This document shows positions 19,184-27,522 of a DNA stretch of 64,000 nt, piece by piece. The notes under the pieces were generated by a model. It was not told the origin of the DNA. It did not search any database and saw nothing but the letters and a program-made list of their open reading frames with translations. The DNA is from an uncultured delta proteobacterium (lineage in GTDB: Bacteria > Myxococcota_A > Polyangia > Polyangiales > Polyangiaceae): positions 288,001-352,000 of the forward strand of contig CAVOKF010000003.1 in NCBI GenBank assembly GCA_963696385.1, read 5' to 3'. Position 1 is the stretch's first letter. Every line of letters begins with the position of its first letter. The position numbers were made by a program, and so were the translations under genes.

Positions 19184-20119
19184 TCATTTCACCCCGTTGT
19201 GGCGAATGTCTGCTTTACCTCTCTTTTGCCGCATCGAGACGTCTCCCGGCGGGTCGTCGCCTTGCCAGTGAATGCACACCGATCGCACGCCGCACCCTTT
19301 GCACATTCGAGCATCACGACGCGACGGGCACCGCCGCAGCATGCCGAGATGGCAAAGAGAGAAGTCGTACTTCGTGGGATCGGCGGAATCGAATCGTGCC
19401 AAGGCGCGGGTGATTTCCTCGGTCGTTTGCCAGGAAGGCACGCGGCGGCGCGTCAGGCCAAGGTTGAGCGCCAGCTTGTGGACGTGGACATCGACCGGAA
19501 CGAGAAGAACCGCCGGGTCGACCTTCCAGAGCCCCAGATCGATGCCGTCCGCGGGCCGGCCCATCCAGCGCAAGAGCAACAGCAAGCGCTTGCACCCGCT
19601 CGATCCCCGGGCATCCGGGAGCACATGGGCCGGACCGCGGCGTACAGCACTCCGACCGAGACCGCCTCTGGCTCGAATCGCGTCGCACCAGCCAGCCAGA
19701 GCGCTGCGGAGATCGGCGGACTCGCGTAACTGCCGCTCGAAGCACGCACCGAGCGACCCGAACTCCCGTTGAACGGATCGCGCCCCAGCGAGAAGCCGGG
19801 CGATATCGTCCCCGACGAAGACTCGATGCTTCCAGCCGTGGAGTAAAACGCGCAGCAAGTCCGGAGTGTCGGCTCGGCGAGCCGGATGAGGGCCGAGGCG
19901 ATCCAGCAAGTCCTCCAGCTTTGCCCGGATCGACTTCACGTTCCCGAATGCGATGCACGATGCCGCAAGCGCAACGATCTCCCGGTCGTGGACGTCTGCA
20001 TAGCGGTGTACGACGGCGACCGGATCTTGCGGCAACCGCGCCGTGACGTCGCACCCGTCCCGAACTGCGTCGAGAGCTCGTTTGACCGAGCGTTCGCGCG
20101 GGCTCAATCGTCGGTCCAT
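19184..20119 (-). CDS. TIGR02757/DUF2400 family protein with C-terminal Cys cluster
   Basis: DPVAVVHRY, DREIVAL, AFGNVKSI, CKRLLLLLRWMGR..DGIDLGLW, VPVDVHV, DPTKYDFSLCHLG. Confidence 0.85.
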   Translation of the reverse strand: MDRRLSPRERSVKRALDAVRDGCDVTARLPQDPVAVVHRYADVHDREIVALAASCIAFGNVKSIRAKLEDLLDRLGPHPARRADTPDLLRVLLHGWKHRVFVGDDIARLLAGARSVQREFGSLGACFERQLRESADLRSALAGWCDAIRARGGLGRSAVRRGPAHVLPDARGSSGCKRLLLLLRWMGRPADGIDLGLWKVDPAVLLVPVDVHVHKLALNLGLTRRRVPSWQTTEEITRALARFDSADPTKYDFSLCHLGMLRRCPSRRDARMCKGCGVRSVCIHWQGDDPPGDVSMRQKRGKADIRHNGVK

Positions 20120-21225
20120 GGCTCTCCGCCCGAGGACCGCCGCATGGGCGGCAATGCCGAGGCTCGCTTCTCGGTGTCCAAGCGCAAACGGCGCACGTGC
20201 TCGCGCCTGGACCGGGCCACGCCGATCCATGGATCGCGTCGCCCCGAAGCCGTCGAGCGAGCCACGTACGAATCCCAATGATGCTCCGCGCGTCGCCAGA
20301 GGCGCGCCGCGTCACGCAAATCGCCGGCTTGTCGCGCCGACGCCGCGTCCCCGAGAGCCAGATACCAATCGCGCTCCCAGTCGGGAACGAAAAACACGTT
20401 TTCCTCATCGCGGATGACGTCCCAACCGGTCACGGTTCGGACCGCCTGAGCGGCGCCCGACCCGCCGACTTCGGACCACGTCCACGATCGGGCCTTGGCC
20501 GCCATGTCGAGGGCCGCGGCGGCGTCCCCCTCGCGGTCGATCGCCAGCGCGACGTCCCAAAGTGTCAGAGCGTAGGTCGAGTTGACTCCGGCCGAATTGG
20601 GGAGCATCTCGCACAGGCGCAGACCTTCGTGAAACGTGACGAGCGCGGCATCGAGGAGTCCGAGACGCATCTGCGCTTCGCCCATATTCATCAGCGGTGC
20701 AACGCGCGCTCGGTCGTCGAGCACACGGGGGACGTAGCGCGTCCAGGTCGCGAGCTCTTCCTTGGGCAAGTCGAGCTTTGCGTACGCATAAGCGAGCGCT
20801 TCGGTTGCCTCGGTCGCGGAAGGACTCTCGCCGCTCTGGTCCAACGTCGGCGCCAGAATGTCGATTACTTTCTGTTGTAGGTCGTTGCGCTTCGCGAGGG
20901 TCGCCAGCTGTTCGTACACAGTGCCCAGGTCGAAGCGCAAGAGCACGCTCGGGCTGTGAGCGGCGTCCGCCTCCTCGAGCAAGAGACGTGCGGCCTCGAG
21001 TCTCAACTCGTCGTCCTGACGAGTGTCGAGAGTCATCGGATCGTCCGGCGGTGGGGGATGCACGAGACGTTCGACCCGTACGTGGAGCGCCCAACGTTCG
21101 CGCTCCGCCGGATCGCGCGCAATCTCCCAGGGCGACGGAGGCGTATCCGCGCGAGCGATGCCGGCGCCGAAACGCAGAAGGGCGACTCCGAACGCCGCGC
21201 CGAGGACTGCCATCGAACGCGTCAT
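20104..21225 (-). CDS. Secreted TPR-like protein
   Basis: Signal peptide ending ARA-D and helical repeats; overlaps both neighbours in an operon. Confidence 0.7.
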   Translation of the reverse strand: MTRSMAVLGAAFGVALLRFGAGIARADTPPSPWEIARDPAERERWALHVRVERLVHPPPPDDPMTLDTRQDDELRLEAARLLLEEADAAHSPSVLLRFDLGTVYEQLATLAKRNDLQQKVIDILAPTLDQSGESPSATEATEALAYAYAKLDLPKEELATWTRYVPRVLDDRARVAPLMNMGEAQMRLGLLDAALVTFHEGLRLCEMLPNSAGVNSTYALTLWDVALAIDREGDAAAALDMAAKARSWTWSEVGGSGAAQAVRTVTGWDVIRDEENVFFVPDWERDWYLALGDAASARQAGDLRDAARLWRRAEHHWDSYVARSTASGRRDPWIGVARSRREHVRRLRLDTEKRASALPPMRRSSGGEPWTDD

Positions 21226-22196
21226 GGCCGCCCTCGCTCTGGCGCCCGGCGCGCCGATCGCTCCCCGCGCAACGCAGCTACGTGCGCTCGAGCGTGTTCA
21301 ACCCAAGGACCTGTCGGGGCCCCCGCAATGTAGTCTTGCCACACAGCGAGCGCCGCTCGAGGGTCCTTCGCTTCGAGACCCAGGGCAAGCATGGCCCGGC
21401 CTTCGTTCGGCGCAACTGCGAGCAGTTCCCTTGCGGCCCCAAGCGCCAGGGCGCTCCGTGGCTCACGCCGAACGCGGTCGGCGAGAAGTGCGCGTGCCTC
21501 CTCCGGCTGCGCGCGCCGATCGAGCGCGAGCGCCAGGCCGAGAGCTGCAACGGCCTCGGTTTCGTCCTGCGCGACGCGAAGCGATTCCTCAAGCGCCCCG
21601 ATCGCGGCGTCGAGCGCGGAGGGCCCTCGCCCCAACGCGACGAGCCCAGCCTCGAGCGTCGCCGCGGATCGCTCCGTTCCGGCCAGCGCCGATGCCAGCG
21701 GAAGCAGCGCTCGATACCCATCCATGGCCCCATCCGCATGACCGGTCCGCGCCTGAACGCGCGCCCATGCCAACAGCGCGAGCGGACTATCGAGCGAACG
21801 CGGATCGCGCTTGCGGGCGTCTTCGAGTGCCTCGAACGCTTCGTCGAACCTGCCGAGCGCCGCCAGCGCGCGCCCTTCCAATGCGCGCGGAGCGGCGTGC
21901 CCGGGCAAAGCGCTGTCTGCGCGCCGGGCCGCCTCGAGCGCAGCAAGCGCCATGGTCGATGAGCCCGCGAGCTTGGAGGAGGCACTCGCGATCCAATCGC
22001 AATACCGGCGGACCTCGGGGGACTTGGCCCGCTCCCACACGTTGCCTGCTGCCGCCAGCGTCCCGACGCACTCGGGAGGACGACCAGCCGACCACCAGGC
22101 CGATTGTGCCAAGACGATCATGACCGCAAACAGCATCGCAAAAAGCGCCATCGGGGCAACAGGGGCGGTAGGAAATCGCGGACCCGCCAAACCCAT
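21222..22196 (-). CDS. Secreted/membrane-anchored TPR protein
   Basis: Hydrophobic N-terminal segment and Ala/Leu-rich TPRs (GRALAALGRFDEAFEALEDA). ATGA overlap with the downstream gene. Confidence 0.7.
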   Translation of the reverse strand: MGLAGPRFPTAPVAPMALFAMLFAVMIVLAQSAWWSAGRPPECVGTLAAAGNVWERAKSPEVRRYCDWIASASSKLAGSSTMALAALEAARRADSALPGHAAPRALEGRALAALGRFDEAFEALEDARKRDPRSLDSPLALLAWARVQARTGHADGAMDGYRALLPLASALAGTERSAATLEAGLVALGRGPSALDAAIGALEESLRVAQDETEAVAALGLALALDRRAQPEEARALLADRVRREPRSALALGAARELLAVAPNEGRAMLALGLEAKDPRAALAVWQDYIAGAPTGPWVEHARAHVAALRGERSARRAPERGRP

Positions 22197-22219
22197 GACG
22201 CGCCGAGAGCGTGGAGACG

Positions 22220-23500
22220 TCAACCCGCAAACGGATCCGCCAAGACGATCGTTTCGTCGCGTCGGGAACCGACACTGACCAACATGATCGGGCAGTCGAT
22301 CTCCCTTTCGATGCGATTGATATATGCGCGCGCGGCATCGGGAAGGGCCCCGATGGAACGCGCCGTTCGGAGGTCGTCCGTCCAACCGGGCAGCGTCTCG
22401 TACACCGGCACGGCGCGGTCCAAGTCGTCGATCGGAAAATCGCGCGTTATACCGTTCGACGTCCGATACGCCACACACACACGCAAGGCGTCCAGCCCGG
22501 TCAGGACATCGAGCTTGGTCAAGGCGATGCCGTCGAGCCCGTTAATGCGCGCGGCGTAGCGGAGAGCCGGAAAGTCCAGCCACCCAGTCCGGCGGGGCCG
22601 GCCGGTCACAGACCCAAACTCGTCGCCGCGATCACGAAGACGCTCGCCGGTCGCGTCTGAGAGTTCGGTCGGAAAGGGTCCGCCGCCAACGCGCGTGCAA
22701 TAGGCCTTGACGAGACCCACGACGAAATCCATCCGCGACGGTCCGACGCCGCTGCCGGTGCATGCGCCGCCCGCCGTGGAGTGCGATGACGTCACGAAGG
22801 GGTATGTTCCGTGGTCGACGTCGAGCAGCGTTCCTTGCGCACCCTCGAAGAGGACTCGCTTGCCGTCCCGAACCGCTTGCTCGACCAGTCTCGATGTCTC
22901 GGCGAGCAGCGGAATGATGCGCGGTGCGAGAGGGCGGATCCGATTCATCACCTCCGGCGTCGTCGGCGGCTCACCGCCAAGCGCGCGAAGCGTCGGCGCC
23001 CATGACCCAAGGGCCCGATCAATCAACGTCTCGGTGAGTGCCAGATCGCGGAAGGCTCCGAGCGGGATCCCGCGCCGCGCCGCCTTGTCTTCGTAGCAAG
23101 GACCGACGCCCCGTTTCGTCGTTCCGAGCGCGTCCGGCCGCTTCTCGCGCAGTTCATCCACCAGGACGTGGTACGGCAAAATGGCGTGGGCGCGGTCGCT
23201 GACCACGAGGGAGGCATCGTGACGCAATAGACCCCTCGTTGCGAGCTCGTCGAGCTCCGTGACCAGGCTACCGGGATCGATGGCCATGCCTTGGGCGAGA
23301 ACGCATGCGGTACGGGGACGCAGGATGCCGCTCGGAACGAGACGAACAACGAGCTTTTGATCGCCCACGACCAGCGTATGGCCCGCATTCGGCCCCCCCG
23401 CGTAGCGCACGACCATGTCCGCGTGTTCCGTGAGAATGTCGACGATTTTTCCCTTCCCCTCGTCGCCCCACTGCGCGCCGACCACGATCACCGCGGTCAT
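22220..23500 (-). CDS. purA: Adenylosuccinate synthetase
   Basis: GAQWGDEGKGK, GGPNAGHT, EGAQGTLLDVDHGTYPFVTSS, TRVGGGPFPTE, GRPRRTGWLD, TKLDVL. Confidence 0.98.
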   Translation of the reverse strand: MTAVIVVGAQWGDEGKGKIVDILTEHADMVVRYAGGPNAGHTLVVGDQKLVVRLVPSGILRPRTACVLAQGMAIDPGSLVTELDELATRGLLRHDASLVVSDRAHAILPYHVLVDELREKRPDALGTTKRGVGPCYEDKAARRGIPLGAFRDLALTETLIDRALGSWAPTLRALGGEPPTTPEVMNRIRPLAPRIIPLLAETSRLVEQAVRDGKRVLFEGAQGTLLDVDHGTYPFVTSSHSTAGGACTGSGVGPSRMDFVVGLVKAYCTRVGGGPFPTELSDATGERLRDRGDEFGSVTGRPRRTGWLDFPALRYAARINGLDGIALTKLDVLTGLDALRVCVAYRTSNGITRDFPIDDLDRAVPVYETLPGWTDDLRTARSIGALPDAARAYINRIEREIDCPIMLVSVGSRRDETIVLADPFAG

Positions 23501-24720
23501 CGGTCTGCTCTTTCTGCCAACGGGGACGCGATTTTAGCGCCGCTCTTGGTCTCGACCCACTGCGATGCATCGAGGACGTGCGTGAACCCCCATGCCCTCG
23601 CCCAACTCAATGCCGCCACGCGCTCGGGGACAGCAACTGCCTCGATTCCGCGCGACCGCAGATCGAGCAGGGCCTCCAACTCGGGGCCGCCGACCACGAC
23701 GACACGCAATCGCAGCCGGGATTCGATTCCCGCCGCGCGCAACGCTTCCCCGACGCGGTCGAGATCGAGCGCGAAACCCGATGCCGGCAAGTCCCAGCCA
23801 AAGCGCCCCAGCAGCTCGTCGTAGCGCCCACCGGAGCCGATGGCATCGCCCGTGCCGGCGGCGTAGGCGTGAAAAATCGTGCCCGTGTAATACGCGAAGC
23901 CGCGCACCTCGCCGAGGTCCGCGCTGAGGTGCGGCCCGAGGCCCCTGGCGCCGGCCGCATCGAACAACGCGAGCAACCGTTTTGCAGCGGCCGCTGCGGG
24001 AGTTCGGCCTAGACGCGACACCCCATCGGCGAGAGCATCACGCCCTCCGTTCCACCGGGGCAACGCCGAGAGTGCCGCCGCATGAGGAGCGTTGAATCGG
24101 GCGCACATATCGGCCACCTCGGCGGGGTCTTTGCGGGATAGGGCTTCGGATAGCCGGCTTTGTTGTTCCGGCGGCAGCGGAGCGAGCAGCGCTCGAACAA
24201 TCCCTGCGTCGCCGACGTCAATTTGAAACCGCTGCAGGCGGGTCGCGCGCAGCGCTTCGGCGGCCAGCGCGAGTAACTCCAAATCCCCCTCCGGCCCTCC
24301 GACTCCGGCGAGTTCGACACCCACTTGAGGGATCTGCCGGTGCTTGCGCGCGCGCCCGCTGCGCCGGCGAAGGACCGTACCCTCGTAGCCCAGCCTAAAC
24401 GGCAGCGGGCGATCGCGCAACCTCGTCGCAATCATCCGGGCCACCTGCGGCGTCATATCGGGGCGGAGCGCCGCCACTTCGCCGGACTCCGGCTCGACGA
24501 AACGCAGTACGTCCGCCGAAGTCAACGTCCCCAGACCTCGCTCGAGCACTTCGGCGAACTCGAAGACCGGCGGAGTCACCAACGCGTAGCCGTGAAGCGC
24601 GATGCAGTCGAGCACGTCGCGCGCAAGGGTGCGCCGAGCAGCCGCTTCTTCCGGCAGCAGGTCGCGCATCCCGGCCGGGAGCGGGTGCTCGAGAGACCGA
24701 GGCGGCATTTCGACGGACAT
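23497..24720 (-). CDS. hisZ: ATP phosphoribosyltransferase regulatory subunit
   Basis: PAGMRDLLP, LRPDMTPQVAR, QVGVEL, YYTG, GGRYDELL; the usual hisZ-purA coupling. Confidence 0.92.
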   Translation of the reverse strand: MSVEMPPRSLEHPLPAGMRDLLPEEAAARRTLARDVLDCIALHGYALVTPPVFEFAEVLERGLGTLTSADVLRFVEPESGEVAALRPDMTPQVARMIATRLRDRPLPFRLGYEGTVLRRRSGRARKHRQIPQVGVELAGVGGPEGDLELLALAAEALRATRLQRFQIDVGDAGIVRALLAPLPPEQQSRLSEALSRKDPAEVADMCARFNAPHAAALSALPRWNGGRDALADGVSRLGRTPAAAAAKRLLALFDAAGARGLGPHLSADLGEVRGFAYYTGTIFHAYAAGTGDAIGSGGRYDELLGRFGWDLPASGFALDLDRVGEALRAAGIESRLRLRVVVVGGPELEALLDLRSRGIEAVAVPERVAALSWARAWGFTHVLDASQWVETKSGAKIASPLAERADR

Positions 24721-24931
24721 ACGCAAACGCGCCGAGACTTTTCACATCGGGACCGCGAGGTCAACGCCTACGCCGCTGCACACGCGCTTTGCACCTGTCG
24801 CCGATCCAACAGTTCCAATGGCTAAATTGTCAATGATTCCAGGCCGGCCGGGCGCGGCATGAGCGTCGCACTAAGCCTGTCGTCCGCCGACATTGGCTGT
24901 CGGCGCACGGCCCCAACCAGGGAAAACAACC

Positions 24932-25531
24932 ATGGCCTTTCTGATCGAACCGTCCACTCTCCAGAGAGCTGCCGCCCGGGAGTCGACTGCTTTATCGACC
25001 CTCGTGACCGCGCTCCGACCCCACATCGAGAAGCAGCTTCTGCGGTATCCCCTCAGCGATGAGGATCGACGAGACCTCGTTCAAGCCACCCTCATCCAAG
25101 TCCTTCGGCGCGTGGGATCGTTCCGCGGTGACTCCAGCTTCTCGACGTGGGTCTTCCGCGTAACGGCGAACGAAGCGTTGATGTTGATGCGATCGCAGCG
25201 CAGGCACAGAGCCCGCTTGGTCGACGGTCTCGACCTGGAGGACGTGGCCAATCTTCCCGCAGCCAACGATCGCTCGGAAGACCCGAGCGCCGACATGAGC
25301 GCCGCGACGAGCGAACGGGATGCTCGCGTTCGAGAAGCACTCGCCGAGCTGCCCGCAGCGTATCGCGACGTCGTCGCCCTTCACTACCACCATGATCTCG
25401 GCCTGCACGAAATCGCGGCACGCCTTTCAACGACCGAAAGTGCGGTGCGATCACGGCTGCATCGCGCGCGCAGTCGGTTGCGCACCATTCTCCAGAGGAG
25501 CTCGACGGGGCTTGAAATCGCGGCGGCCTGA
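24932..25531 (+). CDS. ECF-family RNA polymerase sigma factor
   Basis: Region 2 DLVQATLIQV...FRGDSSFSTWVFRVTAN; region 4 LPAAYRDVVAL...EIAARLSTTESAVRSRLHRAR. Confidence 0.93.
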   Translation: MAFLIEPSTLQRAAARESTALSTLVTALRPHIEKQLLRYPLSDEDRRDLVQATLIQVLRRVGSFRGDSSFSTWVFRVTANEALMLMRSQRRHRARLVDGLDLEDVANLPAANDRSEDPSADMSAATSERDARVREALAELPAAYRDVVALHYHHDLGLHEIAARLSTTESAVRSRLHRARSRLRTILQRSSTGLEIAAA

Positions 25532-25618
25532 AGACCTCTCGTCCGGCGGACGACCGACGCGGCGACGTGCCGATGACGCCAGGCGCCCGCCTTATGGCCG
25601 GAACGTGCCGGACCGAAT

Positions 25619-26368
25619 TCAGGCGATTCCGTGAAGCACGTATCCAACGAAGAAAGGACCCATGTGATCGATGAATTCGCTCGTTTGGCGGGTCTTTCGC
25701 ATCGCTTGAACGAGGTGCGACAGCGGCTGCAGCTCGCGACCTGCCAGTCCAATCACGAATTCGTTGTCGCCCGCGTCGAGGCCGTGGCACGCGAGTCGAA
25801 CGTCGTGCGCTAGGTCCTGCGCACCGTACGCCATGCCGATCTGTGCATGCTCCCGCAATATCTGAGATTGGTCGTGCGGCTCGAGGCGAGCGAACGCAGC
25901 AACTCGCCGCAACGGATACCAGACGTGCCAACGATGCGCTTCGTTGAGCACGGTGTCCACGGGCCGCCTGAGAAGGCTCCACTCCAAATCCGGCTCGTGT
26001 CCCGTGGCGTACGTGCGGCCAAACATGGCGAAGCCAGCCCGCATCGACGCGCCGGCCAGCGCTCTGTCCGCAAAAAGTGGGCGCACGGTGCGCACGAAAT
26101 GGGCGGGCTCTTCGCTCCAAGTGAGCAGGCCGAGGCCCCGAGGATGGGCGATGTCGGCATAGACCACCGCCGGGATTCGGCGACCCGAGAGCAACGCCGC
26201 CATCCTGGTTCCGACGCTGTCGGCGTCCTGCGTCGTCGGCACGTCGACGACCAGAAGCTGCATGAAAAGGCGACGGTTGGTCGCTTGGCGAACGCCGTCC
26301 CGCTTGCCACCGTACTCGGCCACGTCGATGGCCGGAAGCCCAGGCTGCCTAGCGTCTTCTTGTTCCAT
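25619..26368 (-). CDS. Chlorite dismutase family heme protein, coproheme decarboxylase (ChdC/HemQ)-like
   Basis: WYPLRR, LREHAQIG, CHGLDAGDNEFVIGL, LVQAMRKT, MGPFFVG. Confidence 0.8.
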   Translation of the reverse strand: MEQEDARQPGLPAIDVAEYGGKRDGVRQATNRRLFMQLLVVDVPTTQDADSVGTRMAALLSGRRIPAVVYADIAHPRGLGLLTWSEEPAHFVRTVRPLFADRALAGASMRAGFAMFGRTYATGHEPDLEWSLLRRPVDTVLNEAHRWHVWYPLRRVAAFARLEPHDQSQILREHAQIGMAYGAQDLAHDVRLACHGLDAGDNEFVIGLAGRELQPLSHLVQAMRKTRQTSEFIDHMGPFFVGYVLHGIA

Positions 26369-26539
26369 GCGCTTGCAAGCTTAGCGAGTCGGGCACGCGA
26401 CGTCTGCCTGGGAAACTCCTCTTCCGGTCGACCTACGATTTCCCGCGTGCTGCGCGGCCGGTAGCCGCGAGGACCGAGCCGGATCGCCACGCCGAAAATC
26501 TATCACACCCCCACGCCCCTTCGCGCCATGACCAGGCGT

Positions 26540-27352
26540 CTAGCGCGGCTGGACGGACGCGCGCATCCAATCTTCGAGCGACTTCGGCGACCCTTTGGCC
26601 TTCGTTGGCGGACTCACCATCCCAACCTCGGCTGCACGCGCTCGACGCGTCAGTGCGGCCCACGCCTTCGGCCTGGGCGCCTCTTCTCGCGGCTTTGTAG
26701 CAAGCGGACGATTCGCATTTTTGTCGCCCTCGACGGCGTGCGCTTGCGGCATCATGGGCAGATCGTTGACCGCCATCGTGGGGGGCTCCCACGACTTCGG
26801 GCACGAGGATGGTGCGGCGGACTCTAGGGTCGACGACGACGACGGCATCATCGGGACCCGGACCACCAAGGGCGACTGGGAGCGCGCAATCATGTGGCCC
26901 GCAACCACGGCCGCGGCCCCCGTCGTCATCAACCAGGCCAACGCAAACCCCAACACGTCGCCGGCCCGTGATTCCTGGCGCGGGATGGTGCGCGCGATCG
27001 CGACCGGTGCGTTGTTCTGGCTGGCCTGCCAGGGAGCGACCCGAACAGCCCCGGCGCCGGGGCCGGACAAATCTTGAGCGAGGCTCGGTGCCAACGAAAG
27101 GGAAAAACTCCGTCCTGCGTCATCGCGCACGACTGACGGTCCCGTGCCGCGCATCGCGATTTGCGAGCGCGGAACGGGCGCGCTGATCGGAAGCAAGAGC
27201 TGCGGCGTCGGGCGGCGGCGAGACAGGTCGATGACATCGGTTTTCTCGGCCGCAGCGCGCTGGGTCGGCAACGGCGGAGGAGCTCGCCGGACTGGCGCCG
27301 GCTGCACCCTTCGTTCGGCTTGCCCGCTCGCCTTGTTTGCGCTCCGAAGCAT
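26540..27352 (-). CDS. Hypothetical Pro/Ala-rich single-pass membrane protein
   Basis: GGAGA RBS before ATG 27352. One TM segment (VLGFALAWLMTTGAAAVVAG) in low-complexity flanks. Fills the gap between clear genes. Confidence 0.55.
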   Translation of the reverse strand: MLRSANKASGQAERRVQPAPVRRAPPPLPTQRAAAEKTDVIDLSRRRPTPQLLLPISAPVPRSQIAMRGTGPSVVRDDAGRSFSLSLAPSLAQDLSGPGAGAVRVAPWQASQNNAPVAIARTIPRQESRAGDVLGFALAWLMTTGAAAVVAGHMIARSQSPLVVRVPMMPSSSSTLESAAPSSCPKSWEPPTMAVNDLPMMPQAHAVEGDKNANRPLATKPREEAPRPKAWAALTRRARAAEVGMVSPPTKAKGSPKSLEDWMRASVQPR

Positions 27353-27522
27353 CGTGCCTGTTCTCCGTTCCGGCGACGCGATCATGACACACGTTCGCGC
27401 ACACGTCTTGCCAAAAAACGCCTCCCCCATCCTCGTCGCACGATCTGTGGCTTAAGGGGGCGATCTCATCCCATTTCCGACCCGGGCGCCTACCGGCGCG
27501 TCTGATCGCGGCCCCGCCGTGC

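Noticed and set aside
22220..24720. hisZ-purA adjacency as a novelty
   Set aside because: A widely conserved arrangement in bacteria.
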